Shown here piece after piece: positions 1 through 10,400 of a stretch of DNA of 64,000 nt (position 1 is the stretch's first letter; each line of letters begins with the position of its first letter). The translations under genes and the position numbers were made by a program. Source of the stretch: an uncultured Candidatus Peribacteria bacterium (GTDB lineage Bacteria > Patescibacteriota > Gracilibacteria > Peribacterales > Peribacteraceae); the NCBI GenBank assembly GCA_964448405.1, contig CAYUVW010000002.1:7745-71744 (forward strand), in the 5' to 3' direction. Below the pieces are notes generated by a model. It saw nothing but the letters and a program-made list of their open reading frames with translations. It was not told the DNA's origin and did not search any database.

Positions 1-1
1 C

Positions 2-304
2 GCATTGGCGGAAATTGCACGCGTACTGACGCCGGACGGGACTGCGGTCGTGAGTGTGCCGAACGAAGGAATGATTCAGTTTGCCAAACGTTGGTGTGCG
101 CGTCTCGGCGCACGTTCGCTGCTCTCCATGGGCAAAGGGCGCAGTCTTATGCCGATGCAAAATCCGTGGCACCTGCACGATGCCAATTTGTCGCTTCTGA
201 AAAGCTGGCTGCCGGCAAACCTGCGTATCCTACGCGTGGACCGTATTCCCAGCCCGCTCTTGCCGCTGCATTACGTGGTAACACTCGGTCGCTCCCATAC
301 GTAA
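2..304 (+). CDS. class I SAM-dependent methyltransferase, C-terminal fragment (5' end outside window)
   Basis: ORF is open to the window edge. ARVLTPDGTAVVSVPNE resembles the core beta-strand region of Methyltransf_11-type enzymes. Its TAA stop overlaps the next ATG (TAATG at 302-306). Confidence 0.5.
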   Translation, partial: ALAEIARVLTPDGTAVVSVPNEGMIQFAKRWCARLGARSLLSMGKGRSLMPMQNPWHLHDANLSLLKSWLPANLRILRVDRIPSPLLPLHYVVTLGRSHT

Positions 305-1959
305 TGAAGCGCTTCGGCTCCCGCATCGCGCGACTCCTTCCGTACGCCGCACTGCTGCCACCGCTGGTGGCAATGTCGATGCTGTCATTGCGCTATGGGG
401 TGACTGTTCCAAGCGTTGAACAGTTGCAGTACGTACCGACCATGCGCACCGTATTGCTGGAAGGTCATTGGAGCTTTTCAACACTGTTTTGGCAGCAGCC
501 CACCAGCGACCATATCGCATTTTTCCCATTGTTGGCCGTGCTGCTATGGGCGCCACTCAGCGGATGGAATATTGGTCTTGAGCTGATGCTAACGCCGCTC
601 TTTTCGTTGCTGAATGTATTGCTGCTGTTGCGCTTTGCACGGCACATGGGCGGCTTCGATGCACCATGGCGAATGACAACGTTGGTGTTTGTCCTGGGTG
701 TACTGCTGTTCGCAGGGCGTCACTGGGCAGTATGGACGTGGAGCATGAACTCCTTATTCGTCTTCATCCCCTTCTGCTGCCTGTCATCGCTCACACTGCT
801 GTCGCACGAGAAATCCGAATGGAAATCGTTCTGTCTGGCACTTGGCATTTGCATCATTGCAACGTTCTCGTTCGGTAACGGCATCGCCACCTGGTTTGCA
901 GCACTGCCGCTGCTCTTTGCCGACATGCAAACATTCAAGCGACGTCGGCGAATCATGGTGTGGCTGATAGCGGCAACGCTGTGCGGCGCACTCTATCTCT
1001 CGCAATATCACGCCGCGCAAACCGTGAAGACGCTGCCCGTACACAGCCCGGAAAGCTGGGCTCGTATTCTGCGATTCTTCTTGGTGTTATGGGGTCAGTC
1101 GCTGATCAAGGATGCAACGGCAGCACTGTTGTTTGGCGGCGCAACGCTCGCCATGTGCATAGCGTTGTTTCGGCGCTTGCCACACGCGGGCCAACCAGGT
1201 CGCGTTACCGCAGCGCTGCTCGGTGTATGTGTCTTCAGCACGATTTCAGCTGCATTGATTGCGTGGTCACGCGTATCCATGGGTCTGCCATATGCGCTGG
1301 AGTCCCGCTATGGACCGGTCATGGCAGCCGGACTCGCAGTGGTTGCCATTCTGCTACTGCGCAAGCTGCATCCGTTATGGAGTGCGGTATTGGTAGTGGT
1401 ATTGGCCAGCCTTTGGCTTGTCGGATTTCAAGGTGAGATGCAATTCGCCTATGGCCAATACGGAGTCCTGTCGCAGGGCGGTGCCTGCATGAGAACCTAC
1501 CGTATTGCGTCGGATGATTGCCTGGGAAAATTGTACTTCGGTAGTGGCGGATATGTGCGACAGCAAGCCGCGACCCTGGAGGCATTGGGATACATAAAAC
1601 AATGGCAACCGCCTGCCGGTATGCAATGGCTGGACGCCAAAATTCCATCCGGTGCATTGGAGTCTCTGCAACGGGAGAGCGTCACATCGCCATGGGTTGC
1701 CAGCGGATGGGCAAAAGAACCGCAATGCGGAACGCAAACGAACATTCTTCTTACGACCGGACCCGAACGCAGATTGATCGGTGCAACTGTCACCGTGCAT
1801 TGGGCCAAGCGCACGGAGTTGCCATTCACCGACTGCTGGGCATTGGGTTGGTCACTTGTCTTGAGCAGCGACGCAATGAAAGCAGTTTCACCGGAAAGCG
1901 TGGAGGCATGGATCTACGACGAACAATCGAATCGGGCCATCCGGCTGCCTCGGTCCTGA
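304..1959 (+). CDS. polytopic membrane protein, possible GT-C-type envelope glycosyltransferase
   Basis: 551 aa from ATG 304; the upstream part of track ORF 91..1959 overlaps the previous gene and is discarded. About 11 hydrophobic segments precede a roughly 150-aa soluble C-terminal region. Only the topology suggests GT-C. Confidence 0.55.
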   Translation: MKRFGSRIARLLPYAALLPPLVAMSMLSLRYGVTVPSVEQLQYVPTMRTVLLEGHWSFSTLFWQQPTSDHIAFFPLLAVLLWAPLSGWNIGLELMLTPLFSLLNVLLLLRFARHMGGFDAPWRMTTLVFVLGVLLFAGRHWAVWTWSMNSLFVFIPFCCLSSLTLLSHEKSEWKSFCLALGICIIATFSFGNGIATWFAALPLLFADMQTFKRRRRIMVWLIAATLCGALYLSQYHAAQTVKTLPVHSPESWARILRFFLVLWGQSLIKDATAALLFGGATLAMCIALFRRLPHAGQPGRVTAALLGVCVFSTISAALIAWSRVSMGLPYALESRYGPVMAAGLAVVAILLLRKLHPLWSAVLVVVLASLWLVGFQGEMQFAYGQYGVLSQGGACMRTYRIASDDCLGKLYFGSGGYVRQQAATLEALGYIKQWQPPAGMQWLDAKIPSGALESLQRESVTSPWVASGWAKEPQCGTQTNILLTTGPERRLIGATVTVHWAKRTELPFTDCWALGWSLVLSSDAMKAVSPESVEAWIYDEQSNRAIRLPRS

Positions 1960-2015
1960 TCATACAAGGAGCGTCATGGTGACCACTGCGCACTTACCCT
2001 GCAGAATAGTTGCAA

Positions 2016-2055
2016 ATGCAATGAATTTGCATTTTGAACCTCGCAACCGTATGGT
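2016..2055 (+). promoter_or_regulatory. putative Zur operator overlapping the zur promoter
   Basis: Inverted repeat ATGCAATGAATTTGCAT (2016-2032). Its right arm TTGCAT (2027-2032) acts as a -35, followed by a 17-nt spacer and TATGGT (2050-2055), which lies 6 nt before ATG 2062. A near-identical box and geometry occur at 28358-28397. Confidence 0.6.
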
Positions 2056-2061
2056 GCCGGC

Positions 2062-2490
2062 ATGACGACGTCCGACAACATCGGCGCGCTGCTGAAAAAA
2101 TTGGGTCTGCGTGATACGCAGACGCGCCGCTCTGTGCTGCAAGCATTGCAGTCGACCGCCAAACCCATGTCACCCGCAGACATTCGCGAACACATCGTCA
2201 ACGGCGGCAACGTCATCAACACCGTGACCGTCTATCGAATTCTTGAAGTCTTCGTGAAGTTGGGCGCAGTGCACCGACACCCGTACAACGGCCTGTTCAC
2301 GGCCTGTACCATGCCAGAAACACCCGGCCACCACGGCTTCCTGCATTGCGACGACTGCGGAAAAATCGAGGAATTCCATGACCCCGAACTGTGCCGCATG
2401 GAAGAGCGCATCGCGCGCTCGAAAAATTTCCGCCCCAGCACGCACGTCAGTGAAATCGCCGGCATGTGCGACGCCTGCCAGTCCAAATAA
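2062..2490 (+). CDS. zur: Fur-family metalloregulator, probably Zur
   Basis: 142 aa. Fur-type winged helix (TVTVYRILEVFVKLG), HHGFLHCDDCGKIEEF and a C-terminal CDAC metal site. First gene of an operon with ZIP and YibE/F genes. The Zur assignment is inferred from context. Confidence 0.8.
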   Translation: MTTSDNIGALLKKLGLRDTQTRRSVLQALQSTAKPMSPADIREHIVNGGNVINTVTVYRILEVFVKLGAVHRHPYNGLFTACTMPETPGHHGFLHCDDCGKIEEFHDPELCRMEERIARSKNFRPSTHVSEIAGMCDACQSK

Positions 2491-2504
2491 CTCCCTTCTC
2501 TTCC

Positions 2505-3284
2505 ATGTTTACCGCCCCCGTCCTCGCCATTCTGTCCGTCATCGGCGTCAGCCTGCTGTCGTTACTCGGCATCGTGCTGTTCTTGGTTGAAAAAAAACTG
2601 ATGAAACGGCTGCTGCTCTACATCGTCAGCTTCTCGACGGGTGCATTGCTCGGCGACGTCTTCATTCATATTTTGCCTGAGATGGCCGCCGATCAGCCTG
2701 AGCACTTCCCGCGCGGCATGCTCATCATTCTGGTCGGCATTCTGTTCTCGTTCGCGATCGAAAAACTCATTCACTGGCGTCACTGCCACATGCTCCCCGA
2801 TCAGAAATGCTGCGACGGCAACCATGAGCACGGGCATCATCATCCGATCGGCATCATGAGCACCATCGGTGAATCGATACATAATTTCATCGACGGCATC
2901 GTGATTGCAGCAGCGTTTCTCTCCAGTATTCCGGTCGGCATTTCCACGGCATTGGCGGTGGTGTTCCACGAGATTCCGCACGAGATCGGCAACGTGGCTG
3001 TACTGCTCCACAGCGGCTACAGCAAGCCACGCGCCATTTGGATGAACATCTTGTCTGCAAGTACCGCAATCGTCGGCGCTCTGGCAATCGTACTCATCAG
3101 TCGCGGCATGACGGATATCGCCGAGTACATGCTGCCCTTTGCGGCAGGTAACCTGCTGTACATCGCGGGTTCAGACTTGATTCCGGAGCTGCACAAAGAG
3201 ACTCGCTTGAAGCAGGGGGTATTGCAATTGCTGTCCATGGCAGGAGGCATGGCCCTGATGTACGTTTTGCTCAATTTGGAATGA
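2505..3284 (+). CDS. zupT: ZIP-family divalent metal (zinc) transporter
   Basis: Start taken at ATG 2505, just after the zur stop. Multi-TM protein with a His/Cys-rich loop WRHCHMLPDQKCCDGNHEHGHHHP and the ZIP motifs HNFIDG and FHEIPHEIGN. Confidence 0.85.
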   Translation: MFTAPVLAILSVIGVSLLSLLGIVLFLVEKKLMKRLLLYIVSFSTGALLGDVFIHILPEMAADQPEHFPRGMLIILVGILFSFAIEKLIHWRHCHMLPDQKCCDGNHEHGHHHPIGIMSTIGESIHNFIDGIVIAAAFLSSIPVGISTALAVVFHEIPHEIGNVAVLLHSGYSKPRAIWMNILSASTAIVGALAIVLISRGMTDIAEYMLPFAAGNLLYIAGSDLIPELHKETRLKQGVLQLLSMAGGMALMYVLLNLE

Positions 3285-4444
3285 AGGCCGCCCGCTTCAT
3301 TGCAGGGATCCTGCTCTTCGTCGCACTCTCGACCGGCACCACTCGGATATTCGCAGCTGCCGATCAGTTCGTACCCTCACATCCGCCCGAAGACGTTATG
3401 GGTGAAGAATATGGCGTGGGAACAGTGCAAGCGATACTCGGTGAAGTACAAGACAATGCGTTTGGCTATGAACATGTCACGCAGCAGGTACGCATGCGCA
3501 TGGACGACGGTACGGAATTCTTAATGCAAAACGGCATTCTGGGATCGCGCTCGGACATGAAGCTGCGTGTGGGCGAACGGATCATTATGAATCGCATGAC
3601 AAAGGTCGATGGATCCGTACAGTATGTCTTTCGCGAACGCTACCGACTGCCTGCGATGTATTGGTTGTTGGGCGGATTCGTGGTGCTCGGAATGATCTTC
3701 GGCGGCATCACCGGCTTCATGTCCATTGTGGGGCTCGGCCTGAGCGTGGCCGTATTGCTGCTGTTTGTGATCCCAAAAATCGCAGATGGCGCCGACCCAT
3801 TGCTGGTCAGCGTACTTGGTTCGTACATCATCGCATGCACATCGTTGTATCTGGCACACGGCTTTAAGAAACGCACGAGTGTTGCTCTGCTGAGCACCTG
3901 CATCACGTTGGCGCTCGCAGCGCTTACTGCGGTGCTCTCGGTGCAATTCACACAACTGTTCGGCATGGGCAGCGAGGAATCAATGTTCTTACAAACCGGC
4001 CCATTCGCCAATTTGAATCTACGAGGTCTGCTGATCGGCGGATTTATCATCGGCGCACTGGGTGTACTGGACGACGTGACCACGGCACAGACAGCGGCAA
4101 TCGATGAAATCAGCAAAGCCAACCCGTCGCTAACATCACGCGAGTTGTACCGCGCCGGCTTCTCGGTCGGAAAAGAGCATATCGCATCGCTTATTAACAC
4201 GCTGGCGCTGGCCTATGTAGGCGCATCGCTCCCGCTGCTGCTACTGTTTCGCGAGAACAAAGACGTGCCGATGTGGATGATCGTCAATAGCGAAGCTATG
4301 GCGGAAGAAATTGTCCGTACGTTGGTCGGCAGCACAACACTCTTACTAGCGGTACCTATCTCCACCTGGTGCGCGGCGTATTTTCTAAAGAACCGCAGCG
4401 GACAGGTCCAGCCGGCCGATCCGCACGCGCATCATCATCATTAG
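3281..4444 (+). CDS. YibE/F-family membrane protein with His-rich C-terminus
   Basis: ATGA start/stop overlap with zupT. N-terminal signal/TM segment, soluble domain, then several TM helices. GALGVLDDVTTAQTAAIDEI is typical of YibE/F. The tail is DPHAHHHH. Confidence 0.7.
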   Translation: MKAARFIAGILLFVALSTGTTRIFAAADQFVPSHPPEDVMGEEYGVGTVQAILGEVQDNAFGYEHVTQQVRMRMDDGTEFLMQNGILGSRSDMKLRVGERIIMNRMTKVDGSVQYVFRERYRLPAMYWLLGGFVVLGMIFGGITGFMSIVGLGLSVAVLLLFVIPKIADGADPLLVSVLGSYIIACTSLYLAHGFKKRTSVALLSTCITLALAALTAVLSVQFTQLFGMGSEESMFLQTGPFANLNLRGLLIGGFIIGALGVLDDVTTAQTAAIDEISKANPSLTSRELYRAGFSVGKEHIASLINTLALAYVGASLPLLLLFRENKDVPMWMIVNSEAMAEEIVRTLVGSTTLLLAVPISTWCAAYFLKNRSGQVQPADPHAHHHH

Positions 4445-4450
4445 CAAAGC

Positions 4451-5182
4451 CTAGCGGATATCTTTATGTTTTTTGGTGGTCGGCTTTTTTAAAATTGCCT
4501 CCGACAGATAGTTTGCGGCGTACGTCGCACCGGTCTTAAAGAACCCTTCCGACTGCAAGCGACGAGCCGACGTAAAGACCCGGAACTTGGGGGAATACTT
4601 CACCGTACCGACTTGGAACAGGCGACGAGCGATGCTGGTGTCGTCGCCGTAGAACGAAATGTCGGTGTCGAACGCGCTGGCCTTGAGGAGCGCCTTGCGC
4701 TTCGCGACGAAGTTGCCGCCCACCACCATGTAACCCATGACGGACGATGTCGGCACGGCGAAGGCATCCCACCAGAAACTAACCCACTTCTGCTGCCACT
4801 CGGGTAGATCGTAGAAATCGTATGGCCCGCTCAGACAAACAAGGTCTGCGTCGCGCCTGAACTCGCGATTGATCATCTCGAACCAGCCCTTGGGTACCTT
4901 CGTATCGGCGTCCAGGTAGGCAAGTAAGTCTCCTTTGGCTTCGGTGAATCCTCGGTGACGCGCGGCATTCGTCCCCTTCTTGGATTCATGCACCACGCGC
5001 ACGCCCGAAAATTTCTTGGCGACCTTCGCGGTATTGTCGGTGCTCACGTTATCGACCACGATGATCTCGATGAGATTCTTGGGCTTCAGTGCAAGGATGC
5101 TCTTCAGACATACGCCAATGTACTTCTCCTCGTTATGCGCGGGGATGACGATGCTGATGGTTTGCGGCAAACGACGAATCAT
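4451..5182 (-). CDS. family 2 glycosyltransferase
   Basis: IVIPAHNEEKYIG, IIVVDNVSTDNT and YLDADT (DxD). Tandem paralogue of the next gene. Confidence 0.85.
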   Translation of the reverse strand: MIRRLPQTISIVIPAHNEEKYIGVCLKSILALKPKNLIEIIVVDNVSTDNTAKVAKKFSGVRVVHESKKGTNAARHRGFTEAKGDLLAYLDADTKVPKGWFEMINREFRRDADLVCLSGPYDFYDLPEWQQKWVSFWWDAFAVPTSSVMGYMVVGGNFVAKRKALLKASAFDTDISFYGDDTSIARRLFQVGTVKYSPKFRVFTSARRLQSEGFFKTGATYAANYLSEAILKKPTTKKHKDIR

Positions 5183-5187
5183 ACGGT

Positions 5188-5904
5188 TCAGCGGATATCG
5201 ATGTATTCCTTGGTGACGGGCTTATGGAGAATGGCTTCGGAAAAGAAGTTGGCCGCGTACACGGTGGCGATTTTGAACAAGCCTTCGGATTCCAAGCGTC
5301 GTGCGGAGGTGAAAATACGGAAGCGCTGCGAGAACTTCACTTTGCCGGCGGCGTGCAGGCGGCGTGCGATGTTGGTGTCTTCGCCGTAGAAAGCGATGCT
5401 GGTATCGAAGCCGCCGATCTTCACCAATGCGTCGCGTGTAGCTGCGAAATTACCACCTACGACCATGTAACCGGCGATCCAATACAGCGGCATGGCCAAA
5501 ATCGTCCACCAAATGTGGACCGCCAAGCGCTTCAGTCCATGCAAATCGTAGTAATCGTACGGACCACTCAGGCAGACCAGCTTGTCGTTGGCGGCGAATT
5601 CGGTATTGATGCGATCGAACCAGCCCTTGGGCACGCGGGTATCTGCGTCGATGTACGCAATGATATCGGCGGTGGCGGATTTCAGTCCGCACTCACGGGC
5701 ACACGTCAGGCCTTTGCGATCCTCACGCACGACACGCACGCCGGGATACGCTTTCGCAAGCTCGGCGGTACGGTCGCTGCTGGCATTGTCGATCACGATG
5801 ATCTCCGTCAGATTTTCGGGGCGATTGCGCACCGCACTCTCCAGACATGGACCGATGTACTTCTCTTCGTTGTAGGCCGGAATCACGAGACTGATGGTCT
5901 TCAT
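5188..5904 (-). CDS. family 2 glycosyltransferase (tandem paralogue)
   Basis: LVIPAYNEEKYIG, IIVIDNASSDRT and YIDADT. Collinear over its full length with 4451..5182. Confidence 0.85.
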   Translation of the reverse strand: MKTISLVIPAYNEEKYIGPCLESAVRNRPENLTEIIVIDNASSDRTAELAKAYPGVRVVREDRKGLTCARECGLKSATADIIAYIDADTRVPKGWFDRINTEFAANDKLVCLSGPYDYYDLHGLKRLAVHIWWTILAMPLYWIAGYMVVGGNFAATRDALVKIGGFDTSIAFYGEDTNIARRLHAAGKVKFSQRFRIFTSARRLESEGLFKIATVYAANFFSEAILHKPVTKEYIDIR

Positions 5905-5928
5905 GGGCGCGGGAAACGGGAGCGGCGC

Positions 5929-6624
5929 TTACGCGCCGGAAGTGGGATCAACGGGGTTCTCGGGCGTCAGCGACAGAATATAGGCATAGTCCGCCGCGAA
6001 GACTTTCTTCGCCCACCAGAGTACACCGCTAGCCATGAACGGAACAGCGAAAACGTCAATCGAGTAGTGTGCATGCGCCAGCAATACCGTGATTCCAAAC
6101 AGCGCCGAAAACAGCAGGAACATCCAGCGAATCGCCGGCTTTTCCCAGAACAGAAGAGCACAGATAAACGGATAGGCGGTGTGCCCTGAAAAGAAGAAGT
6201 CATTGGTGCCCGGGTTATAGACGAGCGCCTTGAACAATCCGCCATACCCCGGATCGATGACATCGGGCCGGAGACCCAAAGGAGTGAGCACCATGAAGAA
6301 CGCGCGTACGGCGAACAGCAGGCCAATGGCCTTGAGTGTAAACGGTACATATTCAAGATTGCGCAGGAGAATCCAGAGCAATGCGATCGTCATGAGCACT
6401 GGGCCCCAGACAATAAACCCAAATACATCTATGGCCGGCAGTCGATCGAGGAGCAGGTCGCGCGCCGGCGGCTGCGCGTACCCCAAATTGGTGGCGGCAT
6501 GTTGAGCTGCCATACTCAATAATCCGCACACCACGATCACCGGCAATGCCGACAAGAGGAGCCTGCGCCATCGCGTGTCACGCAAGACCGCGCTCAGCTT
6601 GGTTGGAGAGAATGCATGGGACAT
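5929..6624 (-). CDS. PAP2-superfamily membrane protein, sphingomyelin-synthase-like (PAP2_C) type
   Basis: Six hydrophobic segments. FFFSGHTAYPF and HAHYSIDVF match the SGHT and HYxxDV catalytic motifs of PAP2_C enzymes. TAGAAT lies 7 nt upstream of the ATG. Confidence 0.6.
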   Translation of the reverse strand: MSHAFSPTKLSAVLRDTRWRRLLLSALPVIVVCGLLSMAAQHAATNLGYAQPPARDLLLDRLPAIDVFGFIVWGPVLMTIALLWILLRNLEYVPFTLKAIGLLFAVRAFFMVLTPLGLRPDVIDPGYGGLFKALVYNPGTNDFFFSGHTAYPFICALLFWEKPAIRWMFLLFSALFGITVLLAHAHYSIDVFAVPFMASGVLWWAKKVFAADYAYILSLTPENPVDPTSGA

Positions 6625-6690
6625 GGGGTCGATTCTACCTCGCCGACCGATTTTGGACTATCCTGAGACCAAACCGTTCCCCCGCCTCTC

Positions 6691-7407
6691 ATGCAACACG
6701 ACATCATCCTCCGTCCATCGTATTCGGCGCTGAAGTGCACGCTCTCTCGAGGCGAAAAGCTGTGGACTGAGACCGGGGCGATGCTGGCCATGGACGCCGG
6801 CGCCACGATTGAAGGCAAAATGCAGGGCGGCATGTGGCAAGCGCTGAAGCGCACCATTCTCACCAACGAGAGCTTCTTCGTAACGGCAATCACCGCCAAA
6901 GATGACTCCACGGAAATCTACTTGGCACCGCGTGCGGTGGGCGACATTGAGGCCATTGAGCTGAAGGGAGAGGAATACGTGGTACAGGGCGGCGCATTTT
7001 TGGCATCCACCGAGAACATCACAACCGATGCGAAGTTCACCGGTTGGAAAGGTTTTGTAGGCGGCGAGGGCATCTTCATGATCAAGGCCAAGGGTGTCGG
7101 CACCATGTTCGTTTCCAGCTTCGGCGGCATTTTCCGCAAAGACATCCCGGCAGGAAAGCAGTTCATCGTGGACAACGGCCACTTGGTGGCGTTCCCCTCT
7201 TCCCTGCAGTACGAAATCAAATCGGTCGGTGGCGACATCGTGAACATGGTGACCAGCGGCGAAGGACTCGCCTGCGTATTCACCGGGCCGGGCAGCGTGT
7301 ATCTGCAAAGCCGTAATCTCCGCACGTTCGCTGAAACACTCAATCCGTTCTTGCCCGATCGTCAAAAGTCACAAGGACGCAGCATCTTGGGTCAGGTTTT
7401 TGGCTGA
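6691..7407 (+). CDS. TIGR00266/AIM24 (DUF124) family protein
   Basis: 238 aa, beta-rich. Motifs recalled for this family: GAMLAMD, ESFFVT, GEGIFMIKAKG, VDNGHLVAF, GEGLACVFTGPGSVYLQSRN. Confidence 0.7.
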   Translation: MQHDIILRPSYSALKCTLSRGEKLWTETGAMLAMDAGATIEGKMQGGMWQALKRTILTNESFFVTAITAKDDSTEIYLAPRAVGDIEAIELKGEEYVVQGGAFLASTENITTDAKFTGWKGFVGGEGIFMIKAKGVGTMFVSSFGGIFRKDIPAGKQFIVDNGHLVAFPSSLQYEIKSVGGDIVNMVTSGEGLACVFTGPGSVYLQSRNLRTFAETLNPFLPDRQKSQGRSILGQVFG

Positions 7408-7416
7408 ACAGGCGCC

Positions 7417-10400
7417 TCAGACGATTTTCTCACAACGTGAGTTGATGACTTCGGCGACGATGGACGCAATGATGATCAGCCCTCCTCCGACGAAGAACAG
7501 CACGTTTGTGTTGATGGTGTGACGGAAGAACAACAACTCGAACAAGAACGCGATGAACGGCGCCAAATTCAGCATCATGAACGCCAGCAAGCCGTCGATG
7601 CGCTTGAATGCCTCGAACGTGAGCACCAATCCGACGAGAGTAATAACACCCACGCCGATATTGGTCACCCACTGATTCATGGTCAGATTGAAGGTGATGT
7701 CGAGACCGAAGAAGAGATTGCCACCCAGAATCATCGCAAGCGTAGCGGCTGCGATCCAGACGAAATGATGCGTGGCGAGCGAGATGGTATTGGTGGCCAC
7801 GCCGCTGTATTTCACGTAGTGAATGTTGCTCATCATGAAGGCAACGTCCGAAAACGCGATCATGAGCGCGAACAAGTCGCCAAGCGCGCCTTGAGCCGTA
7901 GTTTGGAAATCGTTGTACACCAGCATGGTTCCACCGAGCGCACTGAGGCCGAACAACATGAAAATCTGCTGAATGCTCTTGGGTGAATTCAGGTACGAAA
8001 TGCGGCGGCGCCAAACCAAGAACGCCAGCAGCAATGCGAATACCGGCGCGTAGCTGAGCACCAAGTTCACGTTGGTGGCGGTGGTGAACAGCAGGCTCTT
8101 GTGCAGGAAGTAGTTGTACGACAAGTTGGCGAAAACGATGATCCAGAAATAGCGATTGTAGGGGGTTTTGTACGCCAGTTTTTGGCCGGATTTGTAGAAC
8201 AAATTCAGGATGAAGATAGCCGCAAAGCCCGATATCGCTCCGGCCACGGCCCAAATATGCACACGCAAGAGCGGACTGAGGGTTTGAATCGACGTGTAGC
8301 GGATCAACACCGGTTCGATGCCCCAAATAAACACCGCGCCGAACCGCAACAGGTACCCCGTGATTTTTTGGCGCCTTGCATTCTTGATGCTCTTAGCTCC
8401 GGCGATTGTAAGTGCGGCGCTCGGCGCACGTCGGGGCTCCAACTCGAACAATGTGCGCACGAATCGGTACCCCAAGAACAGCATGGCGAACGTAAACAGG
8501 AACAACACCATGAGCAGCGGAACTTGGCCGGTAAGCACCGGCAACTTCCACATGACAAGCAGCACGCCGAATACGTTGAGAACGAATCCAAGGCCGAAAA
8601 ACCATTGCTCGCGACGCATGCTCAACACGTAATGCTGCAGCAGGGACAAGAAATAGTAGTTGGCACCCAAAATAGGAATGAGCGGCAACACATGCAGCAA
8701 GAACAGCGGCATGGACGGAACGCCGGCGAACGCCTTGTAGTACTGCGGCAAGAGCAGCACGTAGCCGACCAAAACGCCCAGCGCCACAAGGAACGACAAC
8801 GTCAGACCGGCTCGCTGATGCATGGACAGCATCGTTTGCACTTTGGAAATCCAATCTTGGCGCTCCAAAATGTCGATGAAGTCAGCGAAATGCAGGCGAT
8901 CAAGTGACGCACCGGACAGATAAATTTCGAACGTGTGCGTCGCAGCATCGAAACGAATGACCGTTCCCGTAATGCTCACATCCGCCTCTTGAATCAGCTG
9001 ATTCAGGCGAACTTGCACATCGCGCTGGCGATCGGAAGTACCCGATACGCACAAGCGGAAGTTATAGCCTTTGCGCTGCAACAAGCGAACGAACGGGAAT
9101 CGACGGTGCTCCGGATACAAGTAGAACACAATGTCGCGCGCGCGAAGCACGCCTTCGCCGATCATGGTGATGACATCCTCGAAATCGCGGCGACGGAAGT
9201 GATCTGCAACGTGCTGCTGCTTGGCTTTTGGCAAATCGCGTACAAGACCCTTTTTGTAGAAATCGAGTTCACGCTGCAGCAAATCCATGCCAAGCATGAT
9301 CTTCTCGGAACGGTCACGCTGCTTCAGTACGTCGACGATCATGGAGCGTGCCAATCGTGTCTTCACATATTTGAGCCAATCGAACGTAATCACTTCATGA
9401 TCCGCCATGGTCACGTACACGTCGTCATCGGGCTTCAGAATGTGCGATAGCGCCGCAGGTTGGCCATCGATGCTGATGTGCTCTGCATTGCCGGCTCGTT
9501 CGCGGTACAACGCATAGACGGCATCCAGCGCGGTGGAATCCTTCGGAATGGCAATGCGCTGGCGATCCACGCAGACGGACATTGTTTCCCGCAGAATGTC
9601 CGATTCCAACGCATCCCAGAACTCGCCGCTATTTTCACGTGTCTGCAAATCAATTTCCGCCGAACGCTGCAACCAGGAGAATTTCGGACCGACACCCGCG
9701 CCGCGAAACAAGAATGTGGTTACGCCGAACTGGGCCTGCTCGTGCATTTCCGCAGTGCGCAAACGAATGTCGATCACCACGCCGTCGGGCAGGGTGACGT
9801 GCGTGTGCAAGCTGCGGTAACCGGACTCCGCCGGTACCGCGATATAGTCGCGGAACTTGCCGCTGACCGGGCGATACAGCGTATGAATATGCTTCAGAAG
9901 CTGGTAGCACGCCTCTTCGCTTTTTACGATCACGACTACAGAAAACGCATCGCTGGCAGCCGGTTGCCACATGCGCTCGCGCATACGCTGCAGAAATTTC
10001 AACAAATCGCGCGGCTGCATTTCCAGCATCTCCAGTGCGTTGTGCTCATCTTCTGCTCGCAGTTGACGCTCAATGGATGGAAACAGCAGTTCGCCTTGGG
10101 CGCACTCTGCATCGCGCAGTTTTTTCGCACGCTCACCGTCGTCGTCGAACGCATACGGTACGCAGAAATCGGCAAACGTCTGGCGTACGTCGCGCATGCC
10201 CAAGTGCAATGCCAGCTTGTGATAGACGTTCAGCGTTTCCAGCGCAAAACGCTTGCGACGTTCGGGGCTGGGCAACAAGTCGATGGTGTAAATGTTGTGC
10301 AGGCGGTCGGCCAGCTTGATGATGGCCACCCGGATGTCGCGGCGCATGACGTCGAACAGCTTGCGCAGCGTTTCCGTCTTACGATCCAAGGGCAGATCGT

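Noticed and set aside
91-303. N-terminal 71 codons of track ORF 91..1959
   Set aside because: They overlap the preceding methyltransferase gene in another frame. ATG 304 forms a TAATG stop/start junction and begins a typical membrane-protein N-terminus.
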